A stretch of DNA of 64,000 nucleotides from the NCBI GenBank assembly GCA_965644295.1, contig CBFFRP010000129.1, positions 42,598-106,597 of the forward strand, read 5' to 3'. Position 1 is the first letter of the stretch. Each line of letters opens with the position of its first letter. The position numbers and the translations under genes are program-made. This document shows positions 1 through 13,224 of this stretch, in pieces. The notes below the pieces were generated by a model. It saw only the letters and a program-made list of their open reading frames with translations. It made no database searches and was not told the origin of the DNA. The DNA is from Paraphysomonas bandaiensis (Eukaryota; Protista; Chrysophyceae).

Positions 1-281
1 AAAAGTGTTGCAAAATTGACGATAAATAAAATTGTTGCAACAATACATAGTCATATTGTATTTGTTACCAGGCCGTCATATATGTACTGCCATTTAAAGC
101 AGTGAAAAGACTGTACCCTAAAGATAATTAACATGATTGGGTTATTTTCGTATAAAATTTTAACCAACGAATAATAAGAGATTGGGCCACACTGATTGGA
201 TAATATCATGCAGTTAGGCGTTCCCATATAATGTTGGCTCCTCAAACATACAGACTATAAATCCGCTATCAAAATTGCAAA

Positions 282-2072
282 TTAATTGCTGTGGTCTGTA
301 GTATCAATATGTAGGCCGAGGGCAGGTTTAATAACATCGACAAAAACAATAGCAGCAATAGCCGTGACAACAGCAGCAGTGCATGCTTTTTGAAAAGTCA
401 AATTAAGGTACTGCGAGGCGATTACACGAAGCCATTCATCGTCGAACGCTCGTGCGGAGTACTCGTAAGTAAGACAGTTGAAATACCCCGATAAGGCCGA
501 AAAGAACACCTGTACAAAAATATCAGCAATAACCTTTCATTTCCAAGGCTTATACACATGAATAAGTATAAAAAATTGAAATGGCAATTCCGAGTGCTGT
601 GTACAAATAATCTGTATTATATTCAATACTGCATACCTGAAATATCAGCAGCAGCATATGACATACATTCGAGTCCACAAAGCTCTTTTGGTATATCGTA
701 ATATTAGCAATTATCGAGAAGAAATAAAGCATGGACACCGTACGAATCATGGAACCCACAAGTAGTCCTTTAATATCCTTGAAAAAACTAGGTACAGGGG
801 CCAAAGCGAGGGGTCGGCCAAACAGATCAGAGAATATGCGTACAAAATACAAAACAGTCGGTAACTCAATGACTCCAAATAAAACGCATCCATACGTATA
901 CGAGATAAATGTCCCTTGAAGAATAGATGCATAAATGGTGCAAAATAAAGTCCAGCGATAGGGCTCCATTATTTCCTTGCAGTGTGAAGACTTCATAGCA
1001 TCTTCCAATAACCCAGGATCCAGACGTAGAAGAGCTCTAGAATCAGCTACGATCCGATCGGTATCTTTCGAGAACATAGAAAAAAGAAAGCTGAACCGTT
1101 CAGTACTACTGTGCCGACTCGCGGAAGGAACAGGGCTGTTAATGGGCAGACTACCTTCAGCTTTCTTTTCAGTTTTACTCTCAACATCGGTAAAAGAAGT
1201 TCCTCTGTCGCATACAAAACTACTAGCCGGCGGGGTGGTAGAAAGTGCTAAACCATTATCATCCTCGACATCAGCTACATCACTAAACCGCCCCGTAGAC
1301 TCACATTCTTCCGCAATATTATCCAGAAGAGGAGTTCGAAGTGTTTTCTTCTTATGAGCTTGTTTAATTAAAATGCCACCTAGGCGCTCGTCCTTCATAA
1401 GAAGCTTATCACGAACTACATCATTTTGACATAACCAAGCCTAAAAACAAATGTGAGTTAAATTCTGAGAGTGGAATTCCTACTTACCCATGCGGCAATA
1501 CCAAGAGTGGCAACTGCAGCTGATGTAAAATAAAACGCAAATATACTCGAGGCAGGGACGTTATCGCGAGATAATTTAAACGAAAGGTTTGCGATAATGC
1601 CATATACAGCAGGTAGCGCGAATCCAATCTGCTGCATAATTCCTGATTTCATTTGAACAATTCCGGCCAGTGACGTTGTGATGCCATGACATACCCATGT
1701 ACAGCAGCCAATAACAACGCATATAGCAATAAGGCCATAAAAGCGGACAAAAGGCGCGATTATAAGGCAGAGCACTAGTATGCCCAGACAGAGCCATATT
1801 CGTCTCCTATAAGTAAACTTTGAGCCGTAGAATACATCATAGTATGCGTCCACCCTCCTCTGTACGTACGACACCGGTAGACCGACTCCATAAAATGCGA
1901 CGTTTAAATATACGAAATAGTTGTCTCCGTACTCGACTGAGAAGTAGTGCAGCAGCGAGCCTATACATGTCCAGGGCAGCATATAGGCGCACGACACTAC
2001 GATGAACAAGTACTTGAAACTAGGGGCGGGGGGAGTGGGTGGACGGGAAGTGAAATCGAAACTTTCAAGCAT
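282..2072 (-). CDS. Equilibrative nucleoside transporter (ENT/SLC29)-like membrane protein, 3 exons
   Basis: Three ORFs join through GT-AG introns at 1441-1487 and 510-636. Multiple TM helices; ENT-like motifs 'AYMLPWTCI', 'IFSDLFGRPLA', 'FFSALSGYFNCL'; long central cytosolic loop. Confidence 0.75.
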
Positions 2073-2593
2073 GTTATTCGGGGGTGTTTATAGAAACATG
2101 ACAGCTATGTCAGGACTATGAATATATATATATGTGTATATGTGTATGATCCTTTAGTTGCGTAAGTATTTCAGTACACTGTACATATGTATGATGCTCT
2201 GTATATACAGTATATGGTATACAACCTACAGTACTGTATATACTCTGTATATTGAACTCTGTCACTCCTACGTACACCCATACAAACATCCATATCCCAT
2301 ATATATGTACAGACTGCTGTATATATGCATACTGCTGTACGAAGTACTATACATATCATCTTGCCATACAGCATACAGCAGTATACATACGGTATATGTG
2401 ATCACGCATCTTATCACCAAACAGACGCGAATCTCATCACATCACACACATATATATATATATGACCTGTGCTCCTAATCTCAACCCCACTTCATTGGGC
2501 ACTAAACTGAGATAGAGGTACCCATACACCATAACATGATCCCTGATATATGCCTTATGGATATATCTCCTTAATAACATCTACAATTGACAG

Positions 2594-3727
2594 ATGACAC
2601 CTGACGACAGCAATCTGGAAATCACTAAAGAAAGAGGAGTGGTTCGGTCGGTGGTTTTGATTGTGGCCATGCAACAGGAGGCCATGCCATTCATAGAGCG
2701 GCACTCTCTGGTCGAGTGTGCTCCGTCCCCCTTCCAGCCCGGCTCTCCGATGGTCGCCTATACAGGGACTATCGAATGCATGTCCGGTGGAGCAATACGT
2801 ATACACTTAATGTGAGTGCTTGAGCAGTTTTTTGTCTCAACTTCTAATACGATCCTTAGATGGAATGGACGATGTAAAATCCACAATGTCAATCACGTAG
2901 CCACAACAGCAGCTGGGGTGAGCACGTATGCTGCTATTTCTTCCTTTCATCCAGACCTTGTGATTTCTGCCGGTACTGCGGGTGGGTTTGGAGAGCTTGG
3001 CGCACATGTTGGTGATGTTTACTTATCAACGAAATGTATATTTCATGGTCGACGCATTCCTATTTCTTTGAAAGAGAGGTCTCACCAACGGTATCTCGAG
3101 GAGTATGGGTTTGGTCATTTTCGATGCCCCCCTATGTCCCGCTTAGCTAAGATTACTGGACTTAAACAAGGTGTTGTTAGCTCTTCGGATTCTCTAGACT
3201 CTTCTGAAATCGACCTGGAGATTCTCCTCTCCGAGGGAGCGGTTGTAAAGGAAATGGAAGCCGCAGCTGTCGCATGGGTATGCCAACAGCTCGCTGTTCC
3301 TTGTGTAGCAATTAAATCTATCACTGACATCGTCGATGGCCCTCATAAATCAGAAGATGAGTTTTATCATAACCTCAGCATAGCATCTGATGCCTTGCAA
3401 GAGAAACTCACTGTTTTAATTAGGCAAATTGGAAATACAACCTTATCACAGTGGGCTAATAATCCCCCCTCACGTAGTGGTGTTGTTCAGGAAGTCGATA
3501 CTGTAGAGTCCACTTGGAGTTCGTCTATAGAGAAGGAATATGATTGTTTTCAACCCACAAACAGTCGTGACGAATTTAACTCAAAACTTAACAAGCAAGA
3601 CTTAACACAGCATTACGTGTTGTCAAAAGATTTTGTACATGGTACTACTCTTGGAATACTTGTAGGAGTACTTGGAATTTGTTTCTTCAGTCGAATCGCC
3701 TTTAGTAATGTCCGTTCTGCTTGCTGA
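2594..3727 (+). CDS. MTN: 5'-methylthioadenosine/S-adenosylhomocysteine nucleosidase (PNP_UDP_1 family) with C-terminal TM tail, 2 exons
   Basis: Motifs 'IVAMQQEAMP', 'PDLVISAGTAGG', 'VKEMEAAAVAWV', 'IKSITDIVDG'; GTGAGT...TTAG intron at about 2812-2859. Confidence 0.88.
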
Positions 3728-4350
3728 AGATGTTATTTGTAAAATAATGTGAGATTTGGATGCCATATATAATCTCGATTGCGAACTTGAGATTCAAAGC
3801 TAGCTAATGTATTGCTACTTGAGTGTGTAGTTTAAGTATCAATTAATTGAAATAGGAAATCATTACAGTTACAATTGACCACAGCCTGTGTCAATTAATT
3901 GTTACGTACTATCTCTTCCGGATATTATTTATTGCGGCTTTCAAACCATATCACAAGTAAAATATAAGTGCTATATCGCAAACCAATGATATCACAGCCT
4001 CTCCTCAACTCCTCCCATCACATCAATTTTCCGCAATATGTCTATTCGTCTATACAGTAGTAATATAATTGAGTTCATAGTACCAAATTTCATATTTTTA
4101 TTGATAGATGTTACAGCTCTATCCACACCACGCACTGCCTACGCTTCATTAAAGCTGTTTCAATGTATACTCATCTTTAAAAGCTGTACATGCATTGTAT
4201 CTAACAAAAGCAAGTGGCTCAGTCTTTCTGAAAGCGTAGAGAAACGAGTAAAATTATCATTCATTATGAATTATGGGCATGCATAAATCACCAATCAACT
4301 GAACAAAGGAGAGGAATCGATACCAATAACCACTACTTTCGTACGCACAA

Positions 4351-5394
4351 TTAACGATTTCCTGTAAGGTTACTGGCGTATGATACCTGCTCCTTCGTTT
4401 CCTGTGCAAGCTTCTGGCCGTATCCAGAGACAAACCCACCAGACAAACCTCCTCCCCCAGGGGGGCCATCTGCCGAAGGAGGCTTTGCCCACTCAAGCTT
4501 TAGAATAAGATGATCATACCCATGACCCTGCAGGCGTTCCATGGCTCTCTCAGCATCGTCTCTGCGGGCGAATGCGACGTAAGCAAACCCCCTCGGTTCC
4601 TTGTAAACATTTCCGGCCTCGTCCTTCCTCTCTACACGAGGAAGAGACACACGGTGTATATTTCCGAACCGTTGGAATAGATCTCTCAAATCCTCCTCTG
4701 TAACAGCCTTGGTGAGATTCGATACACGAATTGTGTTCTCGTGATCACGATCCTTGTTCCCCGAATCCATTCCGCCACCACGGGCTCCTCCCCCTCTAGC
4801 AGACGGTGGGACGTACTTTCCAGGTCCGCCCCCAACAGGTTCGTCCTTACTATCGTCACCCTCATTGGCCTTTTCTCCATCATCCATTCCAGTCATGCCG
4901 ATCAATGCTTCCATATCGTTTTCACGCTCGTAAGCGCGCTCTTGTTGCTTAAGAATAAAGTTCGCTAGAGTGTTGCCAAGGGCGGGGTCATCTGTGTCTT
5001 CTGTAAGTGCGTCATCAGGATGCTCTATTGACACAAAGTCAGGAGAAAGGAGAGTGACATTCACTTGGCCTTCTGTGGCATCTCCGAATTTAGGAAGTTT
5101 AGCTCTTTCCAAAACTCGTTTAGGTATTCTGGTCTTAACCTCACGAACTCTAATCTTAGTTGTTGTTTTAATCTACAGCAGACAAATATCATCAAATTAT
5201 TTAATCACTTTCATTTTAATGTATCATACTTTTTGTCCTTTGGAATTTACGGTAACTTTAACCCGCTGTTTGAAGCCATTAGCATCCACAGGAGTCTGTG
5301 CAGAGAGTTCGAGTTAATCAATAGAATCAATAGGAAACTACCCTACCTCAAATTCCTCATCATCCTCATCAATCCACTGCTTCCTGTCGCTCAT
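4351..5394 (-). CDS. EIF3G: Translation initiation factor eIF3 subunit g, 3 exons
   Basis: Starts MSDRKQWIDEDDE; introns 5296-5346 and about 5174-5229; 'LPKFG', 'GKYVPPSAR' and a C-terminal RRM (TIRVSNL...RGFAYVAF...GHGYDHLILKLEWAKP). Confidence 0.93.
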
Positions 5395-5852
5395 TTTAAA
5401 TTACTCTATTGGAGATATATGAATAAGCTAACTATATAAGCAGATAGAGATGGTCCAAGTCAGCCCTCTGGTGCCTATATGAGTGTGTGTGTGTTGTGGT
5501 GTATGGTGGATGTATACTGTACGATATGATATACATATACAGCATATACCATACCGCTCATCTCACCTCTTCTCAACCATCAATATACAAACCATACTAC
5601 ATACAGTATACAGCAGACTACTGATACTAGACTCCAAGAAAAAAAAAAATAAGGGTGAGCTGAGTCTACAGTTACATGCTCTGTACACTGTACATGTACA
5701 CTCTACAGCAGCAGTTCACTCTATAGTATAGACATACACAGAGACACTGACTGCTCGATGTACATGTATATATATCAGGAGAGGGATTTCATGATCCTTT
5801 ATAACACTCCTATAGCCATGCACGGGAAATGATTCAATAAGGTTTAAAGGTT

Positions 5853-8252
5853 ATGGAAGAGAGTGTTAGTTTGCCGGCAATAAGGGTTCCACCCGGCTCT
5901 CATGCTGCCTCTGTATCCCTCAAGAAGAAGAGGAATGTGTTGTTTGCCTCAAAGAGCTCAACTAACACTCATCTACCGGATATCACTCCACAAAAACACA
6001 AAACAAAGAAAAAGAGAAAGGCAGAGAAGAGCAAACGACCCTCTGAGGGGGACAGTCAGTCGCATGCAAGGACTACGCCTAGAAGTCCATGCTCATCAAC
6101 CTCACCTCTTAAGGTGTCTATAAAGAAGGTGTCTACCGCTAAGTTAAGAACGAAACGTATGTCAAAATCCCGCATTGCGGATCTGTCTAGTCTTTGCATT
6201 CGAGATCACTTACATACGAATTCTAAGGAAGATAGTAACAGAGTATGAGACGTTACGAATGCTATATAATGTACTTATTATCGAACGTTTGTAGGATTTA
6301 GTGAAATTTTGGTTGGGATGCATCATGTTAATGAGTCGCTCCCGGTTTTTCCACATCATGTCGAAACCGAATCCTTACAACTCACCACAAGCAATTGCAC
6401 TGATGCGTCAAAAAGTCGTAATGTCGAAACGAATTTTGAAGGTACTGAGGGAGCAGTCGAGCTGGTTCCTGCGACGGATAGCTAGACGAGTCATCATTCT
6501 AAGAAAGCATGGTCAGTATACATGATTTTTGTTTCAATTCTTTTTTCACCGCACTGTAATGTGTAACAAAGTTCATCTTTTTCTTTTGTTTCTGGGATTT
6601 GAGCATGCTAATATTTATGCAGGCTGGCGGTTGTTATTGTTCTGGAGGTGTTATAAGCGGAAGAAAGCCGCTATTTTGATTCGACAGCTCTTCCAAGATT
6701 TTTATCTCTTTCGGCTTCCTTATATTATGCTCCGATACCGCGCCAATGCGGTCCACTTGCAGCGTTATGTACGTGCTTTTGTTGTCACGACGAAGGTTAG
6801 AATGATTCAATTGCTTTGATGCAGTGTTGTGTGTATAAGTGAGATTGCAGCTGGTGATTGATGCAATGTTGTGTGTATAAGTGAGTTTGCAGCTGGTGCG
6901 TATATAAACTGTCCTGATTATGCATATGTACACCTGTGTAGGTCCGTGTGATGGCATTGTCAATGAGGTGGAAGCAAATCGAGGACGATATGAGGGCTAA
7001 CCTTATTCCACGTTTATTGGACCAGAGACACCGAGAGGTCGTTCAGCAGAAGCTCTTGCAGGCATCAGAGGAGAATATGAAGTGGAAGGTAGTGCGACAG
7101 AGGAGTGACCATTGTATAATGTGGTACTATTGTAGAGGGTGAAACTAGATGGCGCAATATTTCCCCAGCTAGCTGAGAGAGTCAATAGGTGATATCTATT
7201 CTATGCTTAATTCTCATTCTTAATTTTCACCAGAGCTACATATGCTACTGTTAAATTGAACCAGTGTATTAATGATAGCGAAAAAAGGATAAGTGGGTGA
7301 GTAGCTTGTGTAGGCTACTATCAGTATGACTGTACCCGATTATGTATATTTAGTAGAATAGAACTGACTAGTTGGTGATATCGCCTTACTGAACGGATCG
7401 CCTTTTTTCTGCAGATACCAAAGAAAGGTTATGCAGAGTGATATATTTAATCCAGAGGTCGAAGATATGAGGCGACAACGCATGCAAGACCGGCTCAACA
7501 AACAGACTGCTCACCGCCGAGCCATAGACAGAACCTCTCGAGGCCCTTCAAGGAAGGTAAAGGCGAAGAAAGCATCTAAGTATGATCCAGTGGATTTGGG
7601 ACTAAAGCCGTCGCCTCCTCTCTCCCAAAGGTACGCCTGCATGTCGTTACTATCACTTATGAGTTTATTCCACTCGAGAGGTGCAGGAAGTTCTTAATCA
7701 AGTTTTGATACATAAAAGTAGTTTCATATGATTGACACTGCTATGCAGGGCAAAAGAAAAGATAATATACCACTTTCTGTTTGAGGCGAGGAGGCTCTAT
7801 AAAGAGATTGAAATGGAAAGAAAAATGTGAGAAAAAAATACAGATTGTATTCCGAATTTATTACTCAATGTGTTGTTAGCATTCGAGAAAAGAAAAAGTT
7901 GGTGGGACTTTCTGTCGAGGAGGTACAGCACCATGTACAGCACCACTATAATATCCATATAAGCATGTTATGTACATGTGACTCATTCATCAGCTTTATA
8001 AAATGTTCCGTTGTAATTTTTGTACGATAGGTTAAAGATATGCTATCCAGCAAAAGGGCAGTAGACAAATTTGCTGAGTTGCTCTGCGCTCAAGACTTAA
8101 AATCGAAAAGTGTTAGTGCATTTTACACGGTGCTCGTTGTTTCTGGTAACCCGTGTTTGTAGACTACCATGTTGGTGTACACTGGACAAACCGCCGAGAA
8201 CTTCCGATCCTTGGTTGAATTTCACCTAAAGAAAGAAATCGGATTTATATAG
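5853..8252 (+). CDS. Multi-exon basic/coiled-coil hypothetical protein with a possible IQ-like motif
   Basis: Chain of short + strand ORF segments bounded by GT...AG. 'KKAAILIRQLF' and 'AVHLQRYVRAF' resemble IQ motifs. Exon boundaries approximate. Confidence 0.55.
6816..6898. repeat. Intronic tandem duplication, 42 bp x2
   Basis: ttgatgca(g/a)tgttgtgtgtataagtgag(a/t)ttgcagctggtg occurs twice in tandem. Confidence 0.85.
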
Positions 8253-8294
8253 CACAGAAAAATATGTACCAGTTATTGCGTCAGTATATTTTTG

Positions 8295-8376
8295 CTGTGG
8301 TTCGAATTATATATATGTTGCTGACTGTGGTTCGAATTAAATATATGTTGTTGACTGTGACTAGAATTAAATATAC
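8295..8376. repeat. Short degenerate tandem repeat, about 30 bp x3
   Basis: ctgtggttcgaatta(t/a)atatatgttg-type unit repeated downstream of the stop codon. Confidence 0.7.
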
Positions 8377-8661
8377 GTATTTGGTAGCTGGACCAAAGTA
8401 TTACACATTATGTGATATCCTTGTTTGTATGTGACATGACCTGACGCCTACATATTCAATGTTGAGTAGACTGCAATTCTATATTCGTTGTAACTTTGTC
8501 ATAAGTATAGTTTCCTTACGGTTTAGTCTTTTCATATGTCGTACACGAAATCAGTACCGTGTGTCTACGTTTCCCTATTAGCGGCACAAGTTGCTAATTT
8601 TAACCATAGATGACACAACGCTCTCATTAATTAAACATATCACTTATCACTGATGTTAACC

Positions 8662-9655
8662 TTATTAGAATATGGATCTAATTCTATGTATATTTAGTAT
8701 GTCACTTGAAGACAATGTACGAGAATACAGTGATTTATAGTGATGTACAAATGCTGTGATGATATTGAGAAACTGAAATAGTTTGATCTTTCAAGATATG
8801 TTTAGTAACGAGAGGTTCACATATGTAGGATATTATGCATGGAACAAAATGAGTTAGTGTTGGTTATCACAACTTCGTGTAAACGATATTAATAAATCTA
8901 TCTAGTCTTACGACAGATTCTCTCTGTGATCTAGTGAACAATGAGCAATTTCCAACAAACCTCATCATACGTAAACTTTAAACTTGCTTTTTAATCATTT
9001 ATCATATACAATGTCATCTTATCGGACATCAGACATACGGTAGAAAATACCTGTTAAATAATTATACAAGATTTTTTTACTCCGTAGACTTAGCCATGAC
9101 TTCAATCTGCATCACATCATGTCTATATATCACAACAGTTATAACCAACATTTACACGAGGCACCTATTCTACTACACAGCGTATATGCGTCCGATGAAA
9201 CACGGAACTACTGTGTTTAACCTCGCTAGCTGCTTCACTCTTGAGTAGCCCCGTGAAAACATAAGAGGAATACATCACAATTTTAAATATTCTGGGAATG
9301 CAAAGACCCCAAGTCACTTGGGGTCATGTCTTTTCACATAAATGCGCGCAAATCGATGTACATTCATTTATTAGAATATGGATCTGATTCTAGTATATTC
9401 AGTATGTCACTTGAAGACAATGTACGAGAATACAGTGATTTATAGTGATGTACAAATGCTGTGATGATATTGAGAAACTGAAATAGTTTGATCTTTCAAG
9501 ATATGTTTAGTAACGAGAGGTTCACATATGTAGGATATTATGCATGGAACAAAATGAGTTAGTGTTGGTTATCACAACTTCGTGTAAACGATATTAATAA
9601 ATCTATCTAGTCTTACGACAAATTCTCTCTGTGATCTAGTGAACAATGAGCAATT
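8662..9655. repeat. Pair of ~289-bp direct repeats (8662-8950, 9368-9655)
   Basis: ttattagaatatggatc...gaacaatgagcaatt present twice with about 4 differences, separated by about 417 bp. Confidence 0.9.
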
Positions 9656-9902
9656 CTCAATATCATTCGGTAACTGATTGTGCACTTTACATAGGTGAAC
9701 CATCACTGAGAATTACATCATGATAGGCATTACCACTAAAGGATTACAAGGTCATTATACAAGGGAATTTGTCCGATTATTTTACATATAGAGAGGAGCG
9801 GGAAAATTGCTTCTAGTCTATTGGGGTACGATATCAATTCTTGTTATGTAAAATATCACCTGGAGGCAGGATTACTGTAGTGGCTCATAAAATATAACCA
9901 GT

Positions 9903-12862
9903 TCAGGAACTATCCAATTTCAAAAGGGCAGGAGAATACGTTAACAACCTCTTCATTTCACTCGACTTAACCAGAGCACTGACATTCTTCCCATGAATAG
10001 TTGATGCCATCACCACGGTAGATTGTTCCACTCTTTCAATGGGATTAATGTTCTTACGAATACATGTATCAAGTAGACTACTGTCGAAACAGTGGGTGGC
10101 TGCAACAACAACATGCAATTGTGCACTGTCTATCTCCAGTCCTCCTGACTTTGTCAAAGCATCAATTAAATCAAAACATTTATTTCGTTCTTCTTGCTGT
10201 TCATCAACTCCTACATGAGCTGTTTCGGGCATGGAGAGTAGCGATTTTTGCCACTTCTTGTACCACAACTCTCCAGGATTAATAATAGTTGGTCTCACTG
10301 CCCCAGCATCATCTAGTTGCTCAAACCGCTTGTCCAACAACTTTGGAAGCTTTGTTAGGTCGATAAACGTTTTGTCGGGTACTGCTGCGATATCTTCATG
10401 TGATGAATTTATCGTACTATTTTCTCCGTCATTCTCCTGTGTCATGACGTATGAAATCAGGCAAAGAGAAAGAGCTAAACTTACCACTTCTTCACCATTT
10501 TTTCCACTAATTTCTGGAACTGCTTCTGCAATAGCAAAACGAAAATGAAATATATGCATCGTGATATAGGTGTTGTATATTCACATAGTAAATAATTCAC
10601 ATACATTTAGTGTGTATTCTCACCTTCTGTACTCAGATTCAATTCTCCTCTTCCTTCATCCTGATTACATTCTTTGACTTCACTAAGACGACGACATGGA
10701 ATATCATTAAAGTCCGCAACGTCCATGAAGCAATCGTCTTCACACTCGTTGTCATCCATATCAGATTCATAACTGTCAGAGGCAGACATTGAGCAAACGC
10801 TGGGCAAAGAAGCACCATCATATGATTTCTCCAACTTTTGATCTTCAAGAGATTGCTCTTTCATATCCCCAAGCATATCGTGCATTGCCGCAACGTGGCT
10901 TTTGACAGCAGTAAGTTTTTCTTTCAAACTTGCGGCTGCATGAGAAGAATACGATAATAAGTCTGACGGAATGTGGTATTTCACGAATAGCTCTATCAAA
11001 TCCTGCGTCAGTTGAATTTCCTTGGTGAGACTATCGGGTGGTAGGTTTAGAACCTTCTCTAGTAGTGGTTTGATCTGAATTACGCACATACCAAACATAG
11101 TACTTTCCAGTTGCATGCTGCGGAAAGCCTTTGCGAACCTCTGCTGCTCTGGAGAGAGACTTGAAATGGCATCTTTGAATGCCTTGGCGGAGGGAATAGT
11201 GTGTAGATCCAGTGGAATGCTGATTTCGTCCTTGTTCTGCACAAGTATGCCATACTTGGGCTCAAATGCGTAAGGTCCAGAAATGCGTCCGATTAGCACT
11301 ATGTAACTGCTGAACTGCCTTGACTGCGCCCGCAACATCAGCTGAGCAGGGCCGCTGCTGTCCCGCTCAAAGCAATGCATTAGAAGAGCATGCAAATACC
11401 TTTCACCTGTAAACGTGACTGATGCAGAGGCACTAAGGGAAAAACTCATCGGAATCACCTCACTACCACTTTCATGACTCATTTGAGTAACAACTGGTTC
11501 AGGGATAGTCCCTAAGTTCTGCTCGATACTCAGTATACCCTCCGGGGAATGTTCAGTTGATCGACGAACAACATGACAAAAAGGGCGAGGCGCATACTCA
11601 TTTCGAAACAGCTTATAGAAATGATAGTTCATATACACAGCAAAATCCAATGGGGTAATAACTTTACCGATGGCACTCACGAGCTGATGTCGCAGCATGT
11701 CTTCTATAAAGTCCACGCCACGTTTAAAGGCTAGACACACATCTCTCATATGATGTAAGACACTCAATAGTTGGCCATGAACAGATGTAATCAGGTTATT
11801 CGAAGAATTAGTATCGCAAAATGTGTTTTTAATTTGCTCAATCTTTTGCATGAGAGTTCGTTGCTCTTCAACCAAAAAAGCATTCATATCTTCCATCTTA
11901 AGTACAGAAGTGTGCTCAGCATGTTCTTCAATATGTCTACCTACTGCATCGCCACATTTCGATTCATTTCTGGAGATTTCATAACAAGATTCATCGATAT
12001 GATATGGAATCTCTTCCAATAGTGGTACAACAGGTATGAAAACAGAAGTCGCATTTATTGCACTCATATCCAATGACTTAACTTGTTGTATCGGAAAAAT
12101 ATTCTCTGTAAAATAAGCGTACACATTATTGCACCATGCAGAGAAAGATTTAAAGAAACAAACTGCACTTTCCACCTGATCGTTGCGGCGAGGAGTGTGA
12201 CACGCATGGTCCTGTCGGCTAATTTTGAATGTAGGTGTAATGGGTAACGTAAGGGAACCAGAAGTTGGGGTAATTAAGTGAAGCAACCATGTGATGTTCA
12301 CATCAACTGCATCTCTTACATACACGTCCGAGCGTGGCAGCTCAAAAGTATTGGTTTTTATCTCTTGGCTTGCGTTCTGAGACTGGATACACACTACATC
12401 ATTAGAAAACTCTCCCGCACCAGCGAATGCTTCAATCTCGTACAGAAAACTAAACTTCCAAAAGTATTCCGTGATGGTCTGTACAGACTTACTCGATAAA
12501 CTTAACCCAAAATTCGATGAAATAACTCGTTTAGTTTTTGATGTCTCCTTTCGTTCAGCTTCTCTGCTGAATGAGCACCTCTCTGTGCACTTAAAGCGCA
12601 CAGTTACTGCCCTAGTGCTAGCCCATTCAATCATTTTCATGAAGTGTTCAAGAGTGAAACCCAAATGAAACATACTAGCACATACACTCGACACAGCAGT
12701 GTTTGTTAGGAACTCTGATAGCATGTACTTGTCACTGTATCTGTGCTGCGCATCAGCCGCATACACGGGGTTTCTATTCACATCCAGCACCCGTCTGACA
12801 TGCACCAGCGCTTCTTCCACTTGTTCTCTCATGGAAGTATCGTATTCATCATAGGACGACAT
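9903..12862 (-). CDS. Large hypothetical protein of unknown function, 2 exons
   Basis: Long ORF from MSSYDEYD at 12862 (the upstream in-frame stretch is promoter-like low-complexity DNA). Intron about 10527-10623. Globular-looking blocks such as 'ISSLSPEQQRFAKAFRSMQLESTMFG' and 'LHVVVAATHCFD'. Confidence 0.8.
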
Positions 12863-13224
12863 CTTGACGACGGTGTTATGATTATGTATGTGTATGATAT
12901 GAGCCGGTGTGTGTATGGGTAGGTTCCTATACAGCATACACGTACAGTGTACAGCAGTACCTACAGTTCTACACAATCGACACAAAGATACCATCTGTGA
13001 TCTGCACATTCCTATAGGTGTACACATGCTGCTGTATGTTACTGTACCTGGTATAGGTATACAGCAGCTGCTATGGTACAGTACAGTATACTGTGGCTGT
13101 AGTTCGTAGATGTGTGGGCTGGGAAGTGAAGTCCTTCTTGTCCAATCAACAACAAACTGCCGCATGCATCTCATATCTAAACACACACACTGGACTGGCG
13201 TAACTCATAGTTCATATTCATAGC

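Noticed and set aside
9305-9345. Helitron 3' end
   Set aside because: The hairpin has no CTRR at the expected distance on either strand.
12863-13186. N-terminal ~108 aa of the 859-aa ORF
   Set aside because: Low-complexity promoter-type DNA read through by chance; the likely start is the ATG at 12862.
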